A stretch of DNA of 64,000 nt from Patescibacteria group bacterium (GTDB taxonomy: Bacteria; Patescibacteriota; Minisyncoccia; Phycocordibacterales; XYD1-FULL-46-19), in NCBI GenBank assembly GCA_048617235.1, contig JBMCHT010000003.1, positions 81,958-145,957 on the forward strand, read 5' to 3'. Positions within the stretch are counted from its first letter, which is position 1. Each line of letters opens with the position of its first letter. A program made the position numbers and the translations under genes. A model generated the notes under the pieces. That model was not told the origin of the DNA and made no database searches. It saw only the letters and a list, made by a program, of their open reading frames with translations. This document shows, piece after piece, positions 1 through 8,257 of the stretch.

Positions 1-100
1 AAGACCAACCGGCTCCTAAAATGGCTCGACGGATATCCGCCTCAGCCACCCCGTCTCTCAATTGGTTTTTTATATATTTAATTAAATCTAAATTGGCCAT
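1..100 (-). CDS. Partial CDS (runs off the window edge), hypothetical protein
   Basis: ATG at 100 opens MANLDLIKYIKNQLRDGVAEADIRRAILGAGWS with no stop before the edge; resembles the short N-terminal 'YI..l..G...I...L..aGW' module I recall from CPR membrane proteins. Not in the ORF track. Confidence 0.6.
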   Translation of the reverse strand, partial: MANLDLIKYIKNQLRDGVAEADIRRAILGAGWS

Positions 101-150
101 AGAAAATAAGATTAATTTTTAAAAAATAAGAAAGTAACAATTACCGCTAA

Positions 151-300
151 TTAAGCGGCTGTTAATTTTTCTTGATGACGACCATCTTCACACATACACG
201 GCCTCAGTTCTTGTTCATATTGAGAACAAGTAGGATTTTTGCAAACTCCCGGATCATCGGCCTGACCACCGCAATCTCCGAGACAAACATAATGATTCAT
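151..300 (-). CDS. 49-aa Cys/His-rich small protein (probable metal binding)
   Basis: Hand translation MNHYVCLGDCGGQADDPGVCKNPTCSQYEQELRPCMCEDGRHQEKLTAA*; TATAAT 7 nt upstream of ATG; GC-rich island in AT-rich DNA; below the ORF-track cutoff. Confidence 0.75.
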   Translation of the reverse strand: MNHYVCLGDCGGQADDPGVCKNPTCSQYEQELRPCMCEDGRHQEKLTAA

Positions 301-744
301 ACTTATCATTATAACCGAATTATTTTAAAACTCCGATAAAGTTATCAACAAAATACACAAATTTGAAGCTTTATTAATTTTAAATATTTTAAAAAATAAA
401 AATAGAATTAATTTAACTTATTTTTATCTTTAACTTGCCAATTTATTTCAAAGGAAATAGAATACTTATTTGGTATTTTCCATTTAGAAAATCTTAAAAA
501 AAAGAATTGGAATTTATTTTCAGAAATCCTGCCAAAACCAAATCTATTTAGTGTTAATTCAATATCAATAACCATATTTGTAATTTATATACTATATTTA
601 AAATTATGATTTTTCTCTTAAAATATTAATTTCATTAATTTTAATTATTTTATCTCCGGTTCTTCCGTAATTCAACAAAAATAAATTAGAAATATCTTTA
701 AATTATAACAAAAACCCTTAAAATAGTTTTTATTTCTTTTATAT

Positions 745-820
745 TGGTCGGGCTGCCGGGATTCGAACCCGGAGTCACTCGCTCCCAAAGCGAGCATGTT
801 AGCCGTTACACCACAGCCCG
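745..820 (-). tRNA. tRNA-Pro(TGG), CCA encoded
   Basis: Reverse complement CGGGCTG...CTCGC-TTTGGGA-GCGAG...GGTTCGAATCC-CAGCCCG-ACCA forms a cloverleaf. Confidence 0.96.
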
Positions 821-936
821 TTAAAACAATACCCTCAACTATAACTTAAAAAAACCAATTCTACCAGAAAAACTAAAAGACAGACATAAAAGACATTATT
901 TTGTCTCTTTATAAAAGACATAGAGGACATCCTTAA

Positions 937-1473
937 TTAATTTCCTAACCAAATATTTTTAATAATTTCCATGTCCTTTATATCCCCTGATCCGTCTATT
1001 TTTACCAAAACCAAATCAAATGACCAGCGATTATCTGTTGAATTTTTAATTATTAAATAATTTTTAACGGTTTTTAATAAAATTCTTCTTTTGGCATGAT
1101 TAAATTTAAAAACCAAAGGTGGTTCATCTTTTTTATTTTCTGCTATTAATCTGGTTTTTACCTCCACTATAGTTAAAAAGGTTTCACGACAAACATCATC
1201 ATCTTGTTTTTCAGAAACTATCAAATCCAACTCCCCTTTTCGAAATGACCAATTTTTATCTAATATCCTAAAACCTTTTTTCCGGTATTCCAATTCGGTT
1301 AATTTTTCACCATAATTCCCTATCGTCTTTTTTCTTAAATTAGGAAAAAATTGGCAAATTAGGGAATATTTTAACTTGAAATTGATCTTTATTAAATACT
1401 GTTTCACGACAAACAGTTTTTTTGAATAAAACATTCTTTTTATTTTAACAACAAAAGGTTTCATATAAAACAC
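937..1473 (-). CDS. yraN: YraN family PD-(D/E)XK endonuclease (true start probably near 1359; the N-terminal extension is translated parS-like repeats)
   Basis: IGNYGE...GFRILDKNW...GELDLIV...VEVKTR motifs typical of YraN/UPF0102. Confidence 0.8.
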   Translation of the reverse strand: MFYMKPFVVKIKRMFYSKKLFVVKQYLIKINFKLKYSLICQFFPNLRKKTIGNYGEKLTELEYRKKGFRILDKNWSFRKGELDLIVSEKQDDDVCRETFLTIVEVKTRLIAENKKDEPPLVFKFNHAKRRILLKTVKNYLIIKNSTDNRWSFDLVLVKIDGSGDIKDMEIIKNIWLGN

Positions 1474-1931
1474 CTTTAAAATTGTTTCTTAAGTAACAAT
1501 TTTAGGAAAATCTTTGAAAAACCCTTATTTTACAACATATTTATCTAAAATTTGCTCAAAAAACGGTATTTTTACCTATTTTTTAGCCCAAAAACCTTTA
1601 TTTTAAAACAGATAATAACAAAAACCACTTTAAAAGACCGGTTTATTGGACAAAAATAACTGTCCGTTATACACATTTCCCCATAGTTATCCACATAAAA
1701 CCGCCTATTTAAAAGAAAAAAGGCTTTAAAAGGTAATTACTTGGGACAAGTGTCCGATTAGTATTAGACAAAAATCAATCTAAATATATTTTTTAAAAGT
1801 CCTTTTAATGTCTTTAGGAATTAGTTAAATAAAAGAATTAATGAGCTTAATTTAAAACAAAAAAGACAATAATCTAATGTTTGTCATGAAACAAAAATCA
1901 ACGATAATTATTTGATGTTTGTCGTGAAACA
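1180..1931. promoter_or_regulatory. Cluster of parS-like 16-mers, consensus TGTTTCACGACAAACA
   Basis: Copies at 1180-1195 and 1400-1415 (+), 1878-1893 and 1916-1931 (reverse); 13-14/16 match to canonical parS TGTTTCACGTGAAACA; weaker copies at 1457-1472 and 1483-1498. Confidence 0.75.
1667..1695 (+). promoter_or_regulatory. Pair of DnaA boxes
   Basis: TTATACACA at 1667-1675 and TTATCCACA at 1687-1695 match TTWTNCACA. Confidence 0.55.
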
Positions 1932-1962
1932 AAATCAGTTTTTCAAAAACAAGAAAATCTAT

Positions 1963-2036
1963 TGGTGCGGGTAGGGAGAATCGAACTCCCGTTTTATCCT
2001 TGGCAAGGATACGTCATACCACTAAACTATACCCGC
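1963..2036 (-). tRNA. tRNA-Gly(GCC), CCA encoded
   Basis: GCGGGTA...TATCC-TTGCCAA-GGATA...GTTCGATTC...TACCCGC-ACCA. Confidence 0.96.
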
Positions 2037-2088
2037 AACAGAAAAATTATAACAGAACCGAACTTTTTAGCAAATTAAAAATTAAAAA

Positions 2089-2108
2089 TGCCGGAAAGAG
2101 GACTTGAA
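2089..2108 (-). repeat. Duplicate of the tRNA-Leu 3' end (att-like direct repeat)
   Basis: TGCCGGAAAGAGGACTTGAA vs TGCCGGAGAGAGGACTTGAA at 2242-2261 (19/20). Confidence 0.8.
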
Positions 2109-2241
2109 TCTTACTGATTCTGTTCAGATTTTCGCTATATTTATAAAAAATAGTTGAAAAACCTTGTTCAAGTCCACCTGACACTCAGTTAAAAAGAGGA
2201 GCTAGGCCTCTTCGTCATCAATTTTCACTGCGTTCAAGTTG

Positions 2242-2325
2242 TGCCGGAGAGAGGACTTGAACCTCCAAGCCCTTGCGGGCACTACGTCCTGAACGTAGCG
2301 TGTTTACCAATTTCACCACTCCGGC
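2242..2325 (-). tRNA. tRNA-Leu(CAG), no encoded CCA
   Basis: GCCGGAG...CTACG-TTCAGGA-CGTAG, long variable arm GCCCGCAAGGGC, GGTTCAAGTCC, CTCCGGC-A. Confidence 0.95.
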
Positions 2326-2340
2326 TATTTAAAACAATTG

Positions 2341-2413
2341 TGCACCCGGAGGGACTCGAACCCCCAACCTTCGCGTCCGAAGCGCGACGCTCTATCCATT
2401 GAGCCACGGGTGC
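2341..2413 (-). tRNA. tRNA-Arg(TCG), no encoded CCA
   Basis: GCACCCG...TCGCG-CTTCGGA-CGCGA...GGTTCGAGTCC-CGGGTGC-A. Confidence 0.95.
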
Positions 2414-2486
2414 AAATAAAATAAACTAAAGATAATGGTATTAGAAAATTGGTAAAAAAGCAAAGATTAAGCTAAAATTACAGTTA

Positions 2487-3974
2487 ATGACTACTGTCAA
2501 CATATCCTTAACCGCTATACCAAAGCTGGTTAAAAATATTATAAACACATTGGAAAAAAAGGGTTATCCGGCTTATTTAGTCGGTGGTTGTGTACGTGAT
2601 TTAATACTTAATCGCGAACCTAAAGATTGGGATATTACCACCTCAGCCACACCGGAGGAAATTATAACCTTGTTTGATAAAACAGTTTATGAAAATGATT
2701 TTGGCACAGTAACGGTTGTGCACGAAACAGAAAAGCCAACAAGCTCTTTAAGAGAAGTGGAAATCACTCCCTTTAGAGTGGAAACAGATTATTCAGATAA
2801 TCGACGACCGGATCAAGTTACCTTCACTCCTAATTTGGAAGAAGATTTAAAAAGAAGAGATTTTACCATCAACGCTTTAGCTTATAGACCAACAACCGAA
2901 ACTTTAACCGATCTTTTTGATGGAATAAAAGATCTTAAAAACAAAGCCATTAAAACGGTCGGGGAGCCGGTAGATAGATTAAAAGAGGATTATTTAAGAA
3001 TGTTAAGAGCTGTTAGGTTGGCCACTGAATTGGAATTTGCATTAGAAAAAGAGACGGCTCAAGCAATTAAAACCACGGCTGAAAACATTAAAAGAATATC
3101 TCCTGAACGAATAAGAGATGAATTGGTAAAAATTATTATGTCTAAACAGCCTCTGATGGGATTTACTCTTTTAAGAGAATTAAATATAGAAGCACATATT
3201 TTACCCGAACTCCATCAAGCTTATGGAGTCACTCAAAGAGGAGCTCATATTTTTGATGTTTGGGAACACTCATTACGCGCCCTTCAACATGCAGCCGATA
3301 AAAATCTACCCCTGGAATTAAGATTGGCTGTTTTATTCCATGATATTGGGAAACCACCAACTAAAAGATACGATTCTCAAAAAAAGACCGTTACTTTCTA
3401 TGGCCACGAGGTGGTGGGAGCCAGAATGGCTCAAAAAATATTAACAGATTTAAAATTCTCTAAAAAAACCATAGATAAAGCAATAAAATTAATAAGATAC
3501 CATATGTTTTTTATGGATACCGATCAATTAACCTTATCTGCCGTTAGAAGATTGGTGGCTAAAGTAGGACCGGAAAATGTTTGGGATTTAATGAATATTA
3601 GAGCTTGTGATCGGATTGGAATGGGTCGACCCAAAGAAACTCCTTATCGTTTGCGTAAATACAAAGCTATGATTGAAGAAGCTACTCGAGCCCCCACTTC
3701 TGTCGGGATGTTAAAAATTGACGGTGATCAATTAATGAAACAACTAAAACTGTCTCCCGGACCACAAATCGGTAAATTACTCCAAGCTTTATTGGGCTTA
3801 GTTTTAGATCAACCGGAATTAAACACTCAAGAAAAATTACTGGCTAAAGCTAAGGAATTAAATCAATTACCACCTGAAAAATTACAAAAACTGGTCCAAG
3901 CGGGAAAAGCCAAAACTGAAGATAAAGAACAAACAGAATTGGAAACCATTAATAAAAGACATCATGTCTCATAA
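2487..3974 (+). CDS. cca: CCA tRNA nucleotidyltransferase with HD domain
   Basis: VGGCVRD..DWDI, EEDLKRRDFTINA, EDYLRMLRAVR, HSL...FHDIGKP; divergent from the tRNA cluster. Confidence 0.92.
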   Translation: MTTVNISLTAIPKLVKNIINTLEKKGYPAYLVGGCVRDLILNREPKDWDITTSATPEEIITLFDKTVYENDFGTVTVVHETEKPTSSLREVEITPFRVETDYSDNRRPDQVTFTPNLEEDLKRRDFTINALAYRPTTETLTDLFDGIKDLKNKAIKTVGEPVDRLKEDYLRMLRAVRLATELEFALEKETAQAIKTTAENIKRISPERIRDELVKIIMSKQPLMGFTLLRELNIEAHILPELHQAYGVTQRGAHIFDVWEHSLRALQHAADKNLPLELRLAVLFHDIGKPPTKRYDSQKKTVTFYGHEVVGARMAQKILTDLKFSKKTIDKAIKLIRYHMFFMDTDQLTLSAVRRLVAKVGPENVWDLMNIRACDRIGMGRPKETPYRLRKYKAMIEEATRAPTSVGMLKIDGDQLMKQLKLSPGPQIGKLLQALLGLVLDQPELNTQEKLLAKAKELNQLPPEKLQKLVQAGKAKTEDKEQTELETINKRHHVS

Positions 3975-4012
3975 AAATATTTTGTCTTTTTATAAAGGAC
4001 AATAATTAAATA

Positions 4013-4927
4013 TTAATCCTTTTTATGACGGCTATGAAATTTTTTGTGAGTTTGTCTTAATTCTTTATCTGTAAAATGAGTATAAATTTGAGTGGTAGAA
4101 ACATCAGCATGACCCAAAAGCATTTGAACTGATCTAATATCCGCTCCATTGCGTAATAAATCTGTAGCATAAGCATGTCGCAGAGAGTGAGGAGTCACTG
4201 CTTTAGCAATTCCAGCTTCAATCGCTCGTCGGGAGATCATTTTTTCTATACTCCGAGGCGTTAAACGACTTCTTTTTTCCGGCTTGGTTGATAAATTAAC
4301 AAATAGAGCTTCATGCATATCTGTTCTTTTGTCTAAATATTTTTTAATTGATGTTTGAGCAGTAATGGTTAAAAACACCGGCCGAATCTTTCCCCCTTTA
4401 CCCAAAACCGCCAATTCTTCTCTTTTAGTATCAAAATGTCGGCGATCTAGGGCGGTTAATTCGGATATACGCAAACCGGTAGCGAATAATAATTCTAAAA
4501 TAGCCTTATTTCTCAAAGACTTTTCATCTTGACCTTCTAATTTTAATAAACGATTAAGTTCATCTTGTTCCAAAAAATTTATTTGGCGATCGGGAGTTTT
4601 GGCTAATTCCACCCTTTCAGCCGGCAAAGACTGTATTTCCATCCGGGCTAAATACTTTAAAAAAGAACGCAGGGCGATTAAATAGTAATTTTGAGTAACT
4701 CGTTTTAATGGTTGGCCGGAATTGGTAATTTGCCTATTTAAATATAAACGGAAAAACTTAACTGTCTCATCTGTAATATCTTTGGCTTTTTCAACTCCGG
4801 TTATCGCTAAAAAACGACTAAGATAACGATCGTAATTTTCCACTGTTTTTAAACTACGCCCCTTCTCCACTTCCACATGTTCTAAAAAGGAAGTCTTTAA
4901 CTTTTCTATTTCCGTTATTTTTGACAT
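4013..4927 (-). CDS. XerC/XerD-family tyrosine recombinase
   Basis: TGLRISE, GKGGK, HSLRH, LLGH, TQIYTH catalytic motifs; 304 aa with SAM-like N-domain. Confidence 0.92.
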   Translation of the reverse strand: MSKITEIEKLKTSFLEHVEVEKGRSLKTVENYDRYLSRFLAITGVEKAKDITDETVKFFRLYLNRQITNSGQPLKRVTQNYYLIALRSFLKYLARMEIQSLPAERVELAKTPDRQINFLEQDELNRLLKLEGQDEKSLRNKAILELLFATGLRISELTALDRRHFDTKREELAVLGKGGKIRPVFLTITAQTSIKKYLDKRTDMHEALFVNLSTKPEKRSRLTPRSIEKMISRRAIEAGIAKAVTPHSLRHAYATDLLRNGADIRSVQMLLGHADVSTTQIYTHFTDKELRQTHKKFHSRHKKD

Positions 4928-4988
4928 AGAACCATTATAGCAAAATTAAAGCCCTAATGCCGTTTTATAAAAATAAGAGGGTAGGGGC

Positions 4989-5099
4989 TTGCTAAAAACA
5001 GTTAAATATGATATTCTTTAGAATAATCGCTTAGAAACAAAGGCGGTCTGGCGGTTTTTTGTAGCTTAAATTATACAAAATTAAATCCCATTTAATACT
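4989..5099 (+). promoter_or_regulatory. rpsO promoter and structured leader
   Basis: TTGCTA-N17-TATTCT (4989-5017); hairpins ATCGCTT/AGGCGGT and TTTGTA/TACAAA before the ATG. Confidence 0.5.
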
Positions 5100-5357
5100 A
5101 TGCTAACCAGTAAAAAGAAGAAAAATATTATTAAAAAAAATCAAATTCATGAAGAAGATACCGGCTCTTCAGAGGTTCAAGTTTCTGTTTTAACAGAAAG
5201 GATAAATGAGCTAGCTAATCATTTGAAAAAAAATAAAAAAGATATTCACTCTCGACGAGGTTTGTTAAAATTGGTTTCTAAAAGACGTTCTCATTTAAAG
5301 TTTTTAGAAGGTAAAAACAAGAAAAAAGTAGCCACAACCACAGAAGAAAAAAAATAA
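5100..5357 (+). CDS. rpsO: 30S ribosomal protein S15
   Basis: [13 protein letters not shown]...[23 protein letters not shown]. Confidence 0.97.
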   Translation: MLTSKKKKNIIKKNQIHEEDTGSSEVQVSVLTERINELANHLKKNKKDIHSRRGLLKLVSKRRSHLKFLEGKNKKKVATTTEEKK

Positions 5358-5397
5358 AAACTTCCTCAATCTTATTTTTAAAAAATTAATTTAACTT

Positions 5398-5946
5398 ATG
5401 TCTACCATCAAACACAAAGACCAACGAGTCGGTGTTTTTATTGATGCTCAAAACCTATATCATTGTGCTAAAAACCTTTACCGCGCTCGGGTTAATTTTC
5501 AAGCTATTTTAAAAACAGTAGTCGGTAACCGTAGTTTAATCAGAGCCAGAGCTTATGTTATTACCACCGAATCCGGTGAGGAAAAAGCTTTTTTTGAAGC
5601 TCTGCAAAAAATGGGTATAGAAATAAAAACCAAGGATTTACAAATATTTTTAGGCGGAGCCAAAAAAGCTGATTGGGATGTCGGTTTGGCAGTTGATGCT
5701 ATTAGATTGGCTTCTAAATTAGATGTAGTGGTTATTGCCTCCGGTGATGGCGACTTCATCCCTTTGGTAGAATTTTTACAAAACCATTCCGGAGTTCAAG
5801 TAGAAGTAGCCGCTTTTGGTAAAAATACCTCCAGTCGCTTAAAAGAAGTAACGGATGATTTTTTGGATTTGGATCAAGATCAAAAGAAATATTTAATCCG
5901 CAATCATAGTCCTAAAAATAAAGGTTTATCTAAAAATAAAAAATAA
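5398..5946 (+). CDS. NYN domain (LabA/DUF88, PIN-like) protein
   Basis: VFIDAQNL, KADWDVGLAVD, SGDGDF, S..L...D.F motifs. Confidence 0.9.
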   Translation: MSTIKHKDQRVGVFIDAQNLYHCAKNLYRARVNFQAILKTVVGNRSLIRARAYVITTESGEEKAFFEALQKMGIEIKTKDLQIFLGGAKKADWDVGLAVDAIRLASKLDVVVIASGDGDFIPLVEFLQNHSGVQVEVAAFGKNTSSRLKEVTDDFLDLDQDQKKYLIRNHSPKNKGLSKNKK

Positions 5947-6007
5947 AATTGTCAATTATATTATCCCGTGTTACCTTTTAAAAAGAAACAATTATTAGTT
6001 TAAAAAA

Positions 6008-6065
6008 TTGGATGTAGAAAGATAGGTTTCAAAGACAGACTTTGAGATCTAAAATCTGCATCCAA
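6008..6065 (+). promoter_or_regulatory. Long 5'-UTR hairpin of pnp (RNase III-site-like)
   Basis: TTGGATGTAGA/TCTGCATCCAA (11 bp), internal loop, TAGGTTTCAAAG/CTTTGAGATCTA (12 bp); promoter TTGTCA-N17-TACCTT at 5949-5977. Confidence 0.7.
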
Positions 6066-6080
6066 ACTTTAAAAAACATT

Positions 6081-8198
6081 ATGGAAAAAAGAGAATATTC
6101 TCTGAAAATAGGTGAGGAAACTTTAACCGCTGTTTTTTCAGACTTAACCAATAGAACCAATGGTTCGGTTACCATTAAATACGGCAACACTATTGTTTTG
6201 GTTACGGCCGTTATGTCCGATAAACAAAGTTCGGCTCCTTATTTCCCTTTAGTGGTAGATTATGAGGAAAAATTTTATGCCGCCGGCTTAATTTTAGGTG
6301 GACGCTTTATTAAAAGAGAAGGTCGGCCGAGTGAAGAAGCGATTTTAGCCGCTCGAGTGATCGACAGAACCATTAGACCTTTATTTGATCACTATATTCG
6401 TCGAGATATTCAAATAGTGGCTACTGTTTTGTCTATTGATGAAAAAAATGACCCTGATATCCCGGCGGTAATTGGAGCTTCTTTGGCTTTGGGAGTATCA
6501 GATATCCCTTGGCGAGGACCGGTGGGGGCTGTCCGTTTGGGTCTGCCAACAACAGAAGATAAAAACTTTGTTATTAATCCAGACTATAACCAATCCGGTC
6601 AAATGGCTTTGGAGTTATTGGTTTGCGGTAAAGATCATAAAGTTAATATGATAGAAGCCGAGGGTAAAGAAATAAAAGAAGAAATAATAGAACAAGCTTT
6701 AGCGGAAACGGAAGAGATTATCACTGAAATTGAAAACTGGCAAAAAGAAATTATAACCAAAGAAGGAAAAACCAAGCAAGAAATTCCGGCTCCGGTTTTA
6801 CCTCAGGATTTGGTGGATTCATTTGAAGAAAAAATAAAACCGGAATTAACCAAAGCAATTTTTTCCGGTCCCGGTGATTATAATATAAAAACCGTAAATA
6901 AAAAGTGGCAAGAAATAGTGGAAGCCGGTGATCCGGATAATGATGTCCGTTTAGCCGCTGATAATCACTTTGAAGATGCTGTTGATAAACTCTTAAGAGA
7001 AGCAGCCACTGAAAACAATCGTCGAGCCGACGGTCGCCAATTAGACGAAGTCCGGTCTCTATACGCCGAAGTGGATAATCTATCTCCGATTGTTCACGGT
7101 TCAGGTATATTCTATCGCGGAGGTACCCATATCTTATCGGTTCTAACCTTATCCGGCCCTGATGACTCTCAAATCATTGACGGAATGGAAACTCAAGGAA
7201 AAAAATATTTTATGCATCATTATAATTTTCCACCTTTTTCCGTCGGAGAAACCGGCCGTTTAGGAGGTATTAATCGTCGCTCAATCGGTCACGGAGCTTT
7301 GGCTGAAAAATCTCTACGAGGAGTTTTACCGGATAGAGAAACTTTTCCTTATACTATTAGGCTGGTATCTGAAGCTTTGGCCTCCAATGGCTCCACTTCT
7401 ATGGGTTCGCTTTGTGCTTCCAGTTTAGCCTTAATGGACGGGGGAGTACCTATTTCCGGACCGGTAGCCGGTATTGCTATGGGCTTAATGATAAATCCAA
7501 ACACTAATAAACAAGCTATTTTAACAGACATTCAAGGGCCGGAAGATTCTCACGGTGATATGGATTTTAAAATAGCCGGCACCACCGAAGGAGTTACCGG
7601 TTTACAATTGGATATTAAATTAGACGGAATCCCCAGAGCTATTTTAAGTCAAGCTTTAAACGACGGCCGCCAAGCCAGACTCAAAATTTTAGAAGTTATT
7701 ACCGCAGCTTTACCTAAACCACGACCCCAAGTTAAAGAATCTGCCCCGGGAATAACCATTTTAACTATTCCTATAAGTAAAATCGGAACAGTTATCGGCC
7801 CCGGTGGTAAAATGATACAGTCTATTATTGAAAAAACCGGAGCTGAAATAAAAATAGAAGACGATGGTAAAGTTTTCCTAACCGGTTCACAAACGGGAAT
7901 CGCCGAAGCCGAAAAAGTTATTAAAGAATTAACCAGAGAATATAAAGCCGGGGAGGAATTTACCGGCGAAGTGGTTGGAATTAAAGATTTTGGAGCCTTT
8001 GTCCGAATTGGTAAAGAAACGGAAGGACTGGTTCATATTTCCGAAATTGCTCCTTTCCGCATAGATAAAACCGAAGATGTTTTAATTATTGGTCAAAAAG
8101 TTCCGGTTAAGATTTTAGCGGTAGACAATCAAGGAAAAATTAAACTATCCATCAAAGCAGTAAATCCTGATTTCATTAAACCCCATTCTCAAAAATAA
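6081..8198 (+). CDS. pnp: Polyribonucleotide nucleotidyltransferase (PNPase)
   Basis: RNase PH cores (REGRP, RRADGR, HYNFPPFSVGE, SNGSTSMGS, GDMDFK), KH (VIGPGGK), S1. ATG 6081 preferred because the track TTG at 6042 lies in the leader hairpin. Confidence 0.96.
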   Translation: MEKREYSLKIGEETLTAVFSDLTNRTNGSVTIKYGNTIVLVTAVMSDKQSSAPYFPLVVDYEEKFYAAGLILGGRFIKREGRPSEEAILAARVIDRTIRPLFDHYIRRDIQIVATVLSIDEKNDPDIPAVIGASLALGVSDIPWRGPVGAVRLGLPTTEDKNFVINPDYNQSGQMALELLVCGKDHKVNMIEAEGKEIKEEIIEQALAETEEIITEIENWQKEIITKEGKTKQEIPAPVLPQDLVDSFEEKIKPELTKAIFSGPGDYNIKTVNKKWQEIVEAGDPDNDVRLAADNHFEDAVDKLLREAATENNRRADGRQLDEVRSLYAEVDNLSPIVHGSGIFYRGGTHILSVLTLSGPDDSQIIDGMETQGKKYFMHHYNFPPFSVGETGRLGGINRRSIGHGALAEKSLRGVLPDRETFPYTIRLVSEALASNGSTSMGSLCASSLALMDGGVPISGPVAGIAMGLMINPNTNKQAILTDIQGPEDSHGDMDFKIAGTTEGVTGLQLDIKLDGIPRAILSQALNDGRQARLKILEVITAALPKPRPQVKESAPGITILTIPISKIGTVIGPGGKMIQSIIEKTGAEIKIEDDGKVFLTGSQTGIAEAEKVIKELTREYKAGEEFTGEVVGIKDFGAFVRIGKETEGLVHISEIAPFRIDKTEDVLIIGQKVPVKILAVDNQGKIKLSIKAVNPDFIKPHSQK

Positions 8199-8257
8199 AA
8201 AGTTATTCCAAAAAAAGTCTTGCCCTAAAGACCTAATCACCTTTATAATGTTATTTA

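Noticed and set aside
301-744. 440-bp extremely AT-rich intergenic tract as a second origin
   Set aside because: Only one near-consensus DnaA box, and a canonical dnaA-dnaN origin exists at 40.6 kb.
1360-1473. N-terminal extension of YraN
   Set aside because: Consists of translated parS-like repeats and a likely promoter; not homologous to YraN.
4013-4927. Tyrosine recombinase near tRNAs as a prophage or island integrase
   Set aside because: Xer-sized with no arm-binding domain, flanked by cca and rpsO, no cargo genes.
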